Shown here one piece after another: positions 1 to 11,959 of a stretch of 64,000 nucleotides of DNA. This DNA is from Squalus acanthias (Eukaryota): positions 153,018,001-153,082,000 of the forward strand of contig CM059431.1 of NCBI GenBank assembly GCA_030390025.1. The letters run 5' to 3'. A program made the translations under genes and the position numbers. The notes beneath the pieces were generated by a model. The model saw only the letters and a program-made list of their open reading frames with translations, was not told the origin of the DNA and did not search any database. How positions within the stretch are numbered: position 1 is the first letter of the stretch; every line of letters starts with the position of its first letter.

Positions 1-85
1 GATCAGATCAGCCATGATCTCATTGAATGGCGGAGCAGGCTCGAGGGGCCGATTGGTCTACTCCTGCTCCTATTTATTATGTTCT
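1..85 (+). mobile_element. CR1 LINE 3' terminus (runs off the window's left edge)
   Basis: gatcagccatgatctcattgaatggcggagcaggctcga...ctcctgctcctatttattatgttc matches the 3' ends of the CR1 copies at 1488-1570 (-), 27188-27280 (-) and 45817-45900 (+). Confidence 0.8.
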
Positions 86-89
86 AATA

Positions 90-1455
90 CATGGTCCGTC
101 ACGCTGACATCACCACTGCATGAATGATTAATGTAGCTCTGGAGAGAGTAATGTTTAAAACAAATGGGTAGAGATCTGCACAAGAGAAAAGGTCGTGATA
201 GATATATGGTGATGAGGTATTGCATAGTGTTGGACTTAAGTAATCTAGCTCAAACAGAGGGGAGATTGTAGGTAAAGGGTTAATCAGACTGTCCTAAAAT
301 CTGATAATGTTATACTGTATTGGTTTATCTTTCTATTGTAATAATGTTAATCTTTAGCCTATCCCTGTTAAGTAGGGAAGAATAAGTCAATTTAAAGTAC
401 CAGTGGACTGCTGGGCCAGAGCTGAGCATGCAGCAGTGTTCACTCTCAGGATGAAGCAGTTAGAGATTTAATTAAACACATGCCATTGCAATCTGATTCA
501 AACATTTCAGAGAATTTTAATAACTTGCTACAATGTTGGAAGACAGTTAGGTCTACAAAGGAAAATATCGGGGCATACATCATCATTTTAATTGGTAGAA
601 TGATCCAAAATCAAACGCAGACATATAATTAACGGTTTCACTTTGTAGAATTGAAATGTTGTGGATCAAGAGTGAAGCTATCGATAAGGTATCGACTCTG
701 ATGTAATTACGCTTGTAAGCCCACCAGATAAAGAGATCGTTAAGTAAGGAAAACTGTCCTTTTAATCAAGGATAAGTCGAAGCAAGTCTCCTGATACGCA
801 GTTACATTTTAACGTTCATATAGTTATATAATGCAACATTGTGTGGATGTTCACGGAGAGGGAGTTTGACAATTGTAATACAACTGGCTGTTTGTACTGA
901 GTATTCCGATTCGTGAAAGCCTAAGATACTGAGCTCAGAAATGTAATAGGCACATTATCATTTAACTGGATTCAGACGACAACAGTTTTAAAATGCCGTC
1001 AGTCAGCGATGTATCTGCACCCAGCTACAATCGTGAGCGGGCGATGTGTAATCAAACACATCATCCAAATTCAACACATAAAGCAGAAAGCAAATGCATG
1101 CAAAAGTTAACCATTGCAAAATCGTGTCAAATTCAAATCCATATGTTTGAGATTATCGCCGCTGTTTCTAATTAAATAGTTGATTTGTTTTTCATGAGAC
1201 CCTCTATTTATAATTAAACTGATACCATTTCCCTGATATTGTCATCACATCTATTTCTAAATGAACCTTTGCTGTGTTCCCCTCAATTCCCATAGCCGTC
1301 AAACATGCCCGACGGCACGTCAGACAGCCAGCAGACACATGTTCCTCAAACACAGAGCGAGAGAGAGCAACCCTGACTGAAGCTCAGCGACAGACACAGG
1401 CTGTTGACTGACATCACACAGACTGCAGGCTGACGTCACAGAGCCTGACGTCACA
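90..1455 (+). repeat. Unclassified low-copy segment 'A', copy 1 of 4 (others: 7960-11780 -, 39610-41280 +, 45930-47680 -)
   Basis: tgtaatacaactggctgtttgtactgagtatt (~874-905) is the reverse complement of 8871-8902 and 46885-46916; gtcagcgatgtatctgcacccagctacaatcgtgag recurs at ~41104 (+), ~8338 (-) and ~46353 (-). Confidence 0.85.
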
Positions 1456-1487
1456 CTAGACCCTGCCTCAGTTATTACTGCACTAGA

Positions 1488-2160
1488 CATAAGAACATAA
1501 GAAATAAGAGCAGGAGTAGGCCATACGGCACCTCGAGCCTGCTCCGCCATTCAATAAGATCATGGCTGATCGTCGACCTCAACTCCACTTTCCCGTCCGA
1601 TCTCCGTATCCCTTGATTCCCCTAGAGTCCAATAAACTCTCTATTTCAGCCTTCACCGCCCTCTGGGGCAGAGAACTCCAAAGATTCATTACCATCTGAG
1701 TGAAGAAATTCATCCTCATCTCAGTCTTATATGGCCTAACCCTTATCCTTAGACGACGTCCCCTAGTTCTCACACTCCAGCCAGGGGAGGCAACCTCTCA
1801 GCATCTACCCTGTCAATCCCCTTCAGAATCTTGTATATTTCAATGAGATCACCTCTCATTCTTCTAAACTCCAGAGAGCATAGCCCCATTCTAAACAATA
1901 TCTCATCATAGGACAGCCCTCTCATCCCAGGTATCATTCTAGTGAACTATCGCTGCACAGCCTCCAAGGCAAGTATATCCTTCCTTAGATAAGGAGACCA
2001 AAACTATACAAAGTACTCCATGTGTGGTCTCACCAAGGCCCTGTACAATGAAGCAAGACTTCCTAACTGTTATTCTCCAACCCCCTTGCAATAAAATCCG
2101 ACATGCCATTTCCCTTCCTTTTTGCTTGCTGTACCTGCGTGCTAGCTTTCTGTGTTTCCT
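1488..2160 (-). mobile_element. 5'-truncated CR1 LINE (ORF2 C-terminal remnant plus 3' UTR)
   Basis: ORF 1579-1773 RTRGRRLRIR...KTEMRMNFFTQMVMNLWSSLP is a CR1 ORF2 C-terminus; (ttcttatg)n tail. Paralog at 45206-45900. Confidence 0.88.
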
Positions 2161-2162
2161 GC

Positions 2163-3540
2163 ACGACCCTGTCTCTGTTTATGTTGCACTAGGCCTGTCT
2201 CAGTTATAACTGCACTAGACCCTGTCTCTGTTTATATTACACTAGACCCTGTCTCAGTTATTACTGCACTAGACCCTGTCTCTGTTTATAGCACTCTAGA
2301 CCTAGTCTCAGTGATTACTGCATTAGACCCTGTCTCAGTATATAATATACGAGACCCTGCCTCTGTTTATAATACACTAGGCCCTGTCTCAATTATTACT
2401 GCTTAGACCCTGTCTCAGTATATATTTTACGAGACCCTGTCTCTGTTTATATTACACTAGACCCTGTCTCAGTTATTACTCCACCAGACCCTGTCTCTGT
2501 TTATATTGCACTCGACCCTGTCTCTGTTTATAGCACTATAGACCCTGTCTCATTGATTACAACACTAGACCCTCTCTCTGTTTATATTACACGAGGCCCT
2601 GTCTCTGTTTATATCACACTAGGCCCTGTCTCTGATTATATTACACTGGACCCTGTCTCAGTTATTACTGCACTAGACCCTGTCTCTGTTTATATTACAC
2701 TAGACCCTGTCTCTGTTTATATTACACCAGACCCTGTCTCTGTTTATATTACACTGGGCCCTGTCTCTGTTTATATTACACTGGGCCCTGTCTCTGTTTA
2801 TATTGCACTAGACGCTGCCTCACTTATTACTGAACTAGACCCTGTCTCTGTTTCTATTACACCAGACCATGTCTCTGTTTATATTACACTAGACCCTGTC
2901 TCTGTTTATATTACACCAGACCCTGTCCCTGTTTATATTACACTAGGCCCTGTCTCTGTTTATATTACACTAGACGCTGTCTCAGTTATTACTGCACGAG
3001 ACCAGGTCTCTGTTTATATTACACTAGACCCTGTCTCTGTTTATATTACACCAGACCCTGTCTCTGTTAATATTACACTGGGCCCTGTCTCTGTTTATAT
3101 TACACTGGGCCCTGTCTCTGTTTATATTGCACTAGACGCTGCCTCACTTATTACTGCACTAGACCCTGTCTCTGTTTCTATTACACCAGACCATGTCTCT
3201 GTTTATATTACACTAGACCCTGTCTCTGTTTATATTACACCAGACCCTGTCCCTGTTTATATTACACTAGGCCCTGTCTCTGTTTATATTACACTAGACG
3301 CTGTCTCAGTTATTACTGCACGAGACCAGGTCTCTGTTTATATTACACTAGACCCTGTCTCTGTTTCTATTACACCAGACCCTGTCTCTGTTTATATTAC
3401 ACTAGACCCTGTCTCTGTTTATATTACACCAGACCCTGTCCCTGTTTATATTACACTAGGCCCTGTCTCTGTTTATATTACACTAGACGCTGTCTCAGTT
3501 ATTACTGCACTAGACCAGGTCTCTGTTTATATTACACTTG
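2163..3540. repeat. 27-bp minisatellite (ctagaccctgtctctgtttatattaca)n
   Basis: Direct tandem units; 9-aa periodicity (LDPVSVYIT) in the ORF track. Confidence 0.95.
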
Positions 3541-3964
3541 GGCGCTCTACCTCAGTCAGGCTGTGTTTAATCAGCCCTCTCATTGTCAATTTGTGTTACA
3601 CTGAACAGTGCTGATCTCTTTACCCCGATACACGGGATCAGGGGTCATTTTAATGGGGTATAGTCAGCACAATCCTGATGAATGTGTTCCCTTGCTGTGA
3701 CACTATATTTATTAATACACACCTGGATCTCTCTCTCTATCTCTCTGTTGGTTTCTTTCTGTATTAGTCATTGTATTTGGACTCACCTTTATCTATCTCC
3801 CTCTGTTGGTGTCTCTCTGTATCAATCACTGTATTCACTGTCACATTTATCTATCTCTCTGTCGGTGTCTCTCTGTTTCACTCAATGTATTCAGTGACAC
3901 ATTTATCTATTTCCCTGTGGTGGTGTCTTTCTTTATCATTCACTTGATTCACTCAAAGATTTAT

Positions 3965-4381
3965 CAGGTACAGGAACATTGTTCAGATCTTTAAATAATG
4001 AGTACAGACAAGCACAGGGCTGATCCATCGTGGGGGGACTCACTCATCTGCACTGGTGCATTGTTCAGATCTTTAACCTATTAAAGCAGGCAGGCAATGG
4101 GCTGATCCACGGTGGGGGCCTCACTCACCTGTACAGGTATATTGCTCTGATCTTTCACCATTGAGTACAGATGAGCAATGGGCTGATCCACGGTGGGGGC
4201 CTCACTCACCTGTACAGGTACATTGCTCTGATCTTTAACCATTGAGTACAGATGAGCAATGGGCTGATTCACGGTGGGGGCCTCACTCACCTGTACAGGT
4301 GCATTGCTCTGATCTTTAACCATTGACTACAGATGTGCAATGGGCTGATCCACGGTGGGGGGCCTCACTCACCTGCACAGG
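3965..4381. repeat. 81-bp tandem repeat, about 5 copies
   Basis: tgagtacagatgagcaatgggctgatccacggtgggggcctcactcacctgtacagg... repeated; 27-aa period in ORF 4081-4323. Paralog at ~43820-44075. Confidence 0.9.
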
Positions 4382-4451
4382 CAAAATTCTCAGACTTTCC
4401 ATTCATTCAATCACTTCCTTTGTCCTTTTTCAGAACTCACTTTGTTTACTT

Positions 4452-4900
4452 TAACAACAGCAACAACTTATATTTATATTGCGCCTTTAACATAATAAAT
4501 CGTCCCAAGGCGCTTCACAGGAGTGTTATCAAAATAAATTGGACACCGAGCCATATAAGGAGATGCTAGGCCAGATGAACAAAAGCTTGGTCGAAGAGGT
4601 AGTTTTTAAGGAGCGTCTTAAAGGAGGAAAGGGAAGTGGAGAGGCAGAGAGATTTAGGGAGGGAATTCCACAGCTTCGGACCTAGGCGACTGAAGGCACG
4701 ACCGCCAGTCGCGGAGAATTTAAAATCGGGGATGTTCAAAAGGCCAGAATAGGCGGAGCACAGAGCGGATCATAGGGCTGGAGAAAATTACAGAGATAAG
4801 AATGGGCGAGGCCATGGAGGGATTTGAAAATAAGAATGAGAATTTAAAAATCGAAGCGATGCTTAACTGGGAGCCAATGTAGGTCAGCAAGCTCCAACCT
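4452..4900 (-). mobile_element. L2 LINE 3' fragment
   Basis: Reverse strand reads cctgtgaagcgccttgggacg...ggcgcaatataaatataagttgttg, the same L2-type 3' end as 9070-10143. Paralog at 43305-43748 (+). Confidence 0.8.
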
Positions 4901-5029
4901 GTTTTTTTCTGTTTCCTGTCTGGATTTTTAAACCTCTCTTTCTGATGATTTTCCCCCATTTGCTGTGATTTTTCTTTTGCTCTTTCTCCCCCTCTCCCCC
5001 GTTCCCTAAAGAATCTCCAGATTGCCCCA

Positions 5030-5695
5030 GGGCACAATTTCAAAACTTGCAGGTGACACAAAAGTAGGACGGATAGTTAACAGTGAGGAAGTAGGTGATA
5101 GACTTCAAGAGAACATGAACAGGCCGGTGGAATGGGCGGACACGTGGCAGATGAAATTTAACGCCGAAAATTGTGAAGTGAAACATTTTATTATAAAAAA
5201 CGAGGTGAGGCAATATAAACTAAAGGGTACAATTCTAAAGGGGCCGCATGAACAGAGAGACTTGGGTGTATATGTGCACAAATCGTTGCGCGTGGCAAGG
5301 CAGTTTGAGAAAGCACTAAAAAAGCATACGGGATCCTGGGTTTCATAAATAGAGGCATAGCGTACAAAAGCAAGGACGTTATGATGAACCTTTCTAAACA
5401 CTGGTTCGGCCTCAACTGGAGTATTGTTTCCAATTCTGGGCACGACACTGTAGGAAGGATGTGAAGGCCTCAGAGATGTTCAGAAAAGATTTACAAACAT
5501 GGTTCCAGAAATGAGGGACTTCAATTACGTGGATAGACTAGAGAAGCTGTGTTTGTTCAGGATCTGGAATGCACTACCTGAGAGGGTGGTGGAAGCAGTT
5601 TTAATCGTGACGTGCAATAGGGAATTGGATAAGTACCTGAAGGATAAGAAATGGCAGGACGCCATCTGTGCTGTAACCATTCTATGATTCAATGA
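5030..5695 (+). mobile_element. Degenerate CR1 LINE 3' fragment
   Basis: ISKLAGDTKVGRIVNSEE...WADTWQMKFNAENCEV...EQRDLGVYVHKSL is the CR1 RT C-terminal region. Paralog at 42228-43165 (-). Confidence 0.88.
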
Positions 5696-5719
5696 TTCCC
5701 CGTCCCCTGGTGACATCGT

Positions 5720-7960
5720 GCAGTCTGCAGGATGTATGACGTCATTTTGCAGTCTGTCTGACGTCAGTCTGCAGTCTGTGTGATTCTTTCTGCAGCCTGT
5801 AAGACGTCAGTTTGCAGTCTGTGTGACGTCAGTCTGCAGTCTGTGTGGTGGAATTCTGCAGTCAGTGTGGCGAATTCTACAGTCTGTGTGACTCTGTCTG
5901 CTGTCTGTGTGACGTCAGTCTGCAGTCTGTGTGACGTCAGTCTGCAGTCTGTGTGGCGGAATTCTGCAGTCAGTGTGGCGGAATTCTGCAGTCTGTGTGA
6001 CGGAATTCTGCAGTCTGTGTGACTCTGTCTGCTGGTCTGTTTGACGTCAGTCTGTAGTCTGTGTGACTCTGTCTGCAGTCTGTGTGACGTCAGTCTGCAG
6101 TCTGTGTGACCTTTCTGTAGCCTGTGAGACGTCAGTTTGCAGTCTGTGTGACGTCAGCCTGCATTCTGTGTGACGTCAGTCTGCAGTCTGTATGGTGGAA
6201 TTCTGCAGTCTGTGTGGCGGAATTCTGCAGTCTGTTTGACTCTGTCTGCGGTCTGTGTGATGCTGTCTGCAGTATGTGTGACGTCAGTTTGCAGTCTGTA
6301 TGAATTCAGGCTGTAGTCAGTGCGACTGTCTGCACTCTGAGTGACGTCACTCTACAATCTGTGTGACTCTGTCTACCGCCTGTGTGACGTCAGACTGCAG
6401 ACTGTGTGACTCTGTGTGCAGTCTGTGTGACGCTCTATGCAGTCTGTGAGACGTCAGTTTGCAGTCTGTGTGACGTCAGTCTGCAGTCTGTGTGACGTCA
6501 GTCTGCAGTCTTTGTGACGTCAGTCTGCAGTCTGTGTGGCGGAATTCTGCAGTCTGTGTGATTCTGTCTGCTTTTTGTGTGGCGACAGTCTTCAATCTGT
6601 GTGGTGGCATTCTGCAGTCTGTGTGGCACAATTCTGCAGTCCATTTCAGTATGTCTGCGGTCTGTGTGATGTCATTCTGCAGTCTGTGTGATGCAATTCT
6701 GTTGTCTGTGTGGCGGAATTCGGCAGTCTGTGTGACTCTGTCTACGTTCTGTGTGACGTCAGTCTGCAGTCTCTGTGGTGACATTCTGCAGTCTGTGTGG
6801 TGCAATTCTGCAATCCGTGAGACTCTGGCTGCGGTCTGTGTGATGTCAGCCTGCAGCCTGTAAGACGCAATTCTGCCGTCTGTGTGGCGGAATTCTGCAG
6901 TGTGTCTGACTCTGTCTGCGTTCTGTGTGACGTCAATCTGCAGTCTGTGTGACTCTGTCTGAAGTCTGTGCGACGCTTTCTGCAGTCTGTGTGACGTCAG
7001 TTTGCAGTCTGTGTGGTCGAATTCTGCAGTCTGTGAGGCGGAATTCTGCAGTCTGTGAAGCGCAATTCTGCAGTCCATGTGACTCTGTCTGCGGTCTGTG
7101 TGATGTCAGTCTGCAGTCTGTGTGACGCAATTCTGCAGTGTGGATGGCGGAATTCTGCAGTCTGTGTGACTCTGTCTGCGTTATGTGTGACGTCAGTCTG
7201 CAGTGTGTGTGACTCTGGCTGCAGTCTGTGTGACGCTTTCTGCAGTTTGTGTGACGTCAGTTTGCAGTCTATGTGAATCTGTCTGCAGTCTGTGCGACTG
7301 TCTGCAGTCTGTGTGAAGTCAGTCTACAATCAGTCTGACTCAGTCTACCGCTTGTGTGACGTTAGTCTACATTCTATGTGACGTCTGTATGCAATCTGTG
7401 TGACGACCGTCTGCAGTCTGTGTGACGTTTGTCTGCAGTCTGTGTTATTCTGTCTGCAGTCTGTTGGAATCTGTCTGCAGTGTGTGTCACTTTGTCTGCA
7501 GTCTGTGTCACACTGTCTCCATTTTATGTGATGTCAGTCTGCATTATATGTGACTCTGTCTGTAGTCTGTGTGACTTTGTCTGCCGTCTGTGTGACACTG
7601 TCTGCATTTTATGTGATGTCAATCTGCAGTATGTGTTCCTCTGTCTGCAGTCTGTTGGACTTCAGCTGCCGTCTATGAGACTCTGTCTGCAGTCTTTGTT
7701 ACTCTGTCTGCAGTCTGTGTGACTCTGACTGCAGCCTGTGTGACGTCTGTCTGCAGTATGTGTGGTATCAGTCTGCTGTTTGTGCGACTCTGCCTGCAGT
7801 CTGTATGACGTCAGTCTGGGTGACTTCAACTGCAGTCTGTGTGAGGTAAGTCTGAAGTCTTTTTTGACGTCAGTCCGTGCGACGTCAGTCTGCAGTCTGT
7901 GTTGAAGTCAGTATCGGTGACGTCAGTCTGCACTCTGTGTGACGTCAGGTTGTGTGTGTG
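5720..7960. repeat. 20-22-bp minisatellite (gcagtctgtgtgacgtcagtct)n, rich in TGACGTCA
   Basis: Tandem units with ctgcag/gaattc variants. Paralog at 41260-42210 in reverse orientation. Confidence 0.95.
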
Positions 7961-9069
7961 TCATTGAGCTTCAGTCAGCGTTAGTCTCTCTCCCTCTGTG
8001 TTTGAGGAACGTGTGTCTGCTGGCTGTCTGCTGCGGTCGGCCATGTTTCTGTGACGTATTTTCGGCCATGTTTGACGAATATGGGAATTGAGGGGAACGC
8101 AGCAAAGGTTTATTTAGAAATAGAGGAGATGAGAATATCAGGGACACAGAGCAACTTTTAAATTAGAAATAGGGGGACTCAAGGAAACCCAACAACTATC
8201 AAATTAGAAACAGGGCGAAGAAGCACATACATATGCGATTGAATTTGACACGGTAATGCTGTGGTTAACTTTTGCATGACTTTGCGTTGTATTTTACCTG
8301 TTTATATTGGATGATGTCATTGATTACACGGCGCCTTCTCACGATTGTAGCTGGGTGCAGATACATCGCTGACTGACGGAATTAAAACCCCAACCTGCTG
8401 CCTGACTCTTGGCATAAATAGTGTTCGTCGTCTAAAACTACTTAAATAAGAATCAACCTACTGCTCAGATCTACCAGCAACTCATCAGCAAGTCCCCAGA
8501 AGTTGGATGCGAGCCAGATTGGCAGAGCCGGGGCTCCGGTGAACTGAAAACAAATGGAGTTTGTTTGTTTTGAGAACGTCAGCATAAAGTGGAACGTGAA
8601 CGAGTGACGGGTAAAGGGGCACTAAATCACAAATAATATATGAACCCCACGGACGATTAAAGTACTCAGGCTATTGTTGGAGTAAAGTTTTCAATAAGGT
8701 TCTTGAAAATTGAGGTGAGGTGTCACAGGTTTATTGAGCACACGTTCTATGCAATAGTTCTTAAACATACGGTTAAAAGGTGCAAATTGCAGCCACACCT
8801 CATGATGGTTGCTTGGCGATTGAAACGTTTCACAGTTCTCAGCTCAGTATCTTAAGCTTTTAAGAATTAGAATACTCAGTACAAACAGCCAGTTGTATTA
8901 CAATTGTCTCACGCCCTCTCTGTAACATTCACACAAAGTTGCATCATATAAATATATGATAGTTAAAATGTAACTTCATATATGGTGACTTTCATCGACA
9001 TATCCTTAATCAATAAGGGTTGTTTTCCTTGCATAAAGATCTCTTTTTCTGTTGGGCTTCGAAGCGAAA

Positions 9070-10143
9070 TTCACTCTTCCCACTACCGCATCATTACCTC
9101 TGAGGAACCCCAAGGATCTATCCTTGACCCCCTCCTATTTCTACACTATATGCTGCCCCTTGGCGACATCATCCGAAAACACGGCGTCAGTTTCCACATG
9201 TACGCTGACGACACCCAGCTCTACCTCACCACCACTGCTCTCGAACCCTTCATTCGTCTTTAAATTGTCAAACTGTTTGTCCGACATCCAGTACTGGATG
9301 AGCAAAAATTTTCTCCACTTAAATATTGGGAAGACCGAAGCCATTGTTTTCAGTCCCGTCCGCAAACTCCGTTTCACAGTCACCGACTCCATCCCTCTCC
9401 GTAGCATTTGTCTGAGGCTGAAGACTGTTCGCAAACTTAGTGCCATATTTGACCGTGTATGAGCTTGCAGCCACATATCAGCGGCATAAAACCGCCTACT
9501 TCCACCTCCTTAACATTGCCCATTTCCGCCCCTGCCTCAGCTCATCCGATGCTGAAACCCTCATCCATGCCTTGGTTACTTCTAGATTTGACTATTCCAA
9601 CGCACTCCTGGCTGGCCTGCCACATTCTACCCCATATAAATTGTGGTCATCCAAAACTCTGCTGCACGTGTCCCAACTCGCACCAAGTCTCGTTCACCCA
9701 TCACCCCATGTGCTCGCTGACCTATATTGGCTCCCGGTTAAGCAACGCCTGATTTCAAAATATTCCTCCTTGTTTTCAAATCCCGCCGTGGTCTCGGCCC
9801 TCCCTATCACTGTAACCTCCCTTAGCCCACAAATCCCCAACATATCTGTGCTCCTCTAATTCTACCGACTTGAGAATCCCTGATTTTAATCGCTCAAACA
9901 TTGGTGTCTGTCCCTTCAGCTGCCCAGGCCCTATGCTCTGGAACTCGCTCCCTGAACCTCTCTGCATCTTTACCTCTCTTTCTTCCTTTATGATGCTCCT
10001 TGAGTCCTACCACTTTGACCAAGCTTAGGTTCATCTGCCCTAAATTTTTCTTATGTGGCTCGGTGACAACTTTTGGTCTTATAACAATCCTGTGAAGCAG
10101 TTTGGGACGTTTTACTACATTAAAGGCGCTATAAAAATTAAAT
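9070..10143 (+). mobile_element. L2 LINE, 5'-truncated (RT remnant); its tgt-repeat tail is displaced to 11036-11050 by a MITE
   Basis: [50 protein letters not shown] and ETLIHALVTSRFDYSNALLAGLP are L2-clade RT motifs. Partial paralog at 39908-40410 (-). Confidence 0.92.
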
Positions 10144-11033
10144 GGGGGAGAAATTTGGTATCGCCCCTATTGGGGCGCAATTATCGGCCGGGTGCAAAGT
10201 TTAGCACCTGGCGCTAATTATCGCCTCTGACTGCAGACTTGGCTTCTATCATTCCTGGAGCTGATTGGACAGCTGAATCAGGCGCAACACACATCACTTA
10301 AGGCGCTAACGCCGAGGAGCGAGGCGCCACCTCAGAGCGCTGGCGAAGCTCATTTGATGTCAGTCAGAAATGGAACACAGACACACTGGCGTCGGGCAGT
10401 TCTTAAAGGGAAGGTTCGATCGGGCTCTCCATCCACACCCTGCTCATTGCAGCCTTGAATCTCGCCCTGGAGAGACCTGTACATCAAATCTGCTGGAAAG
10501 AAGAATGGAGAGGCCCAGAAAAGAGTTCAGAGTGCAGCCCCCACAGTCTCTTATAAATCGGTGCAAGGAAGGTCAAATGAAAATGAACCTGCAAAGTGCT
10601 GCTCACTAACCAAAACTCCTTCACACAGCGTTGAATCTCTCCAGAAGTCTCTCTCTCTCTCTCAGAATGCTTGGTGCAAAAATGTCGACGACAAAAAAAG
10701 GCAGGAAGCGGTCGTCCTTAAAATAGCACTCCCCAATTCCTTCCCGACTGCAAAACGCTCACCTCAACCTATCGTTGCTAGTGGCAGGCGGTAAGGCAGG
10801 GGGCACCACTCAATATCCGGTCCGGGGCGCTACATGGGCGTTGCATGCTCGATTGACGTCAGGATCTGCGGATGCAGGAGATCGTAGTGGCAGTGTTTAG
10901 TGCTGCCGCAAAATGTCATCAATTTCGCGAGTGGCGCAAAAATCGGCGCGCCCTGGAACTAGTTGCCTTGCACCCCATTAGCGCCCTTTTTTGGGTGATA
11001 ACGGGAGGCACAAACCAACCGAATGTTTCCCCC
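10144..11033. mobile_element. Non-autonomous DNA transposon (PIF/Harbinger-like MITE)
   Basis: Imperfect TIRs gggggagaaatttggt / accgaatgtttccccc; 3-bp TSD aat at 10141-10143 and 11034-11036; inserted into the L2 tail. Confidence 0.7.
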
Positions 11034-11959
11034 AATGTGTTGTTGTTGTTACCATGTAACTCCATATATGGAGACTTCCATCGACTAATCGTTGATCAAT
11101 AAGGATAGTTTTCCTTACTAAACAATCACGTTTTCTGGTGGGCTTACAAGCGTAATTCCCTTCGAGTCATTATCTTATCAATAGTTTCACTCTTGATCCA
11201 AAGCTTTTCAATTCTACCAAGGGAAACCATTAATTATAAATCTACCTTTATTTCTGGATCTTTCGTACCAATTAAAATGATGATGCATGCCCCGATGTTT
11301 CCGTTCTGGAACTAACTGTCTTCCCACATTGTAGCAAATGATTAAAGTTCTCTGAAATTTATGATTCAGTTTGCAATGACATGTGTTATATAAATCTCTT
11401 TTTGCTTCATCCTGGGACTGACCATTGCTGCAGGAACGGCCCTGGCACATCAGTCCACTGTTACTTTAAATAGACTTGTACATCTCTGCTTAACAGGCAA
11501 ACGCTAAATATTAACATTAAAGCTATAGAAAGATAAACCAATATAGTATAACATTAGCAAACTTTAGGACAGTCTGATTAACTCTTTCCTTGCAATACCC
11601 CACTGTTGGCGTTAGATTACTTAAGGCCAACACTAAAACTAAATCTCATAAGCATCCTATATCTATCTCGATCTATACTCTTCTGCAGATCTCAAACCAT
11701 TTGCATTCCACATTACGCTCTCCAGAGCCACATTAAGCATTTCTTTTCGTGCTGACTTCAGCGTGACTGAACATGTCTTGGACCCATTCTTAAGGGCATC
11801 TTCACCATCCACATCGCATGCTGGTAGCGCATTCACGGGCATAACCGCACTTCTGCATACACAGCGATAACCCAAGATCAGGCAGAGGTAGGCATCCAAT
11901 ACAAGCCATTCCTCCCCTTTCTGGCTATCTAAACAAAGCTGAGAGAGGGGGTAACCTCA

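Noticed and set aside
1320..1550. 76-aa ORF conserved at 45837-46067
   Set aside because: It spans a CR1 tail and minisatellite units; the conservation is explained by the duplication.
2553..3614. 353-aa repetitive ORF (and 44661-45260)
   Set aside because: Read-through of a 27-bp minisatellite; non-ATG start, no domain, and not conserved as an ORF between arms.
5780..7722. Cys-rich keratin-associated or metallothionein-like ORFs
   Set aside because: Translations of the TGACGTCA minisatellite in several frames.
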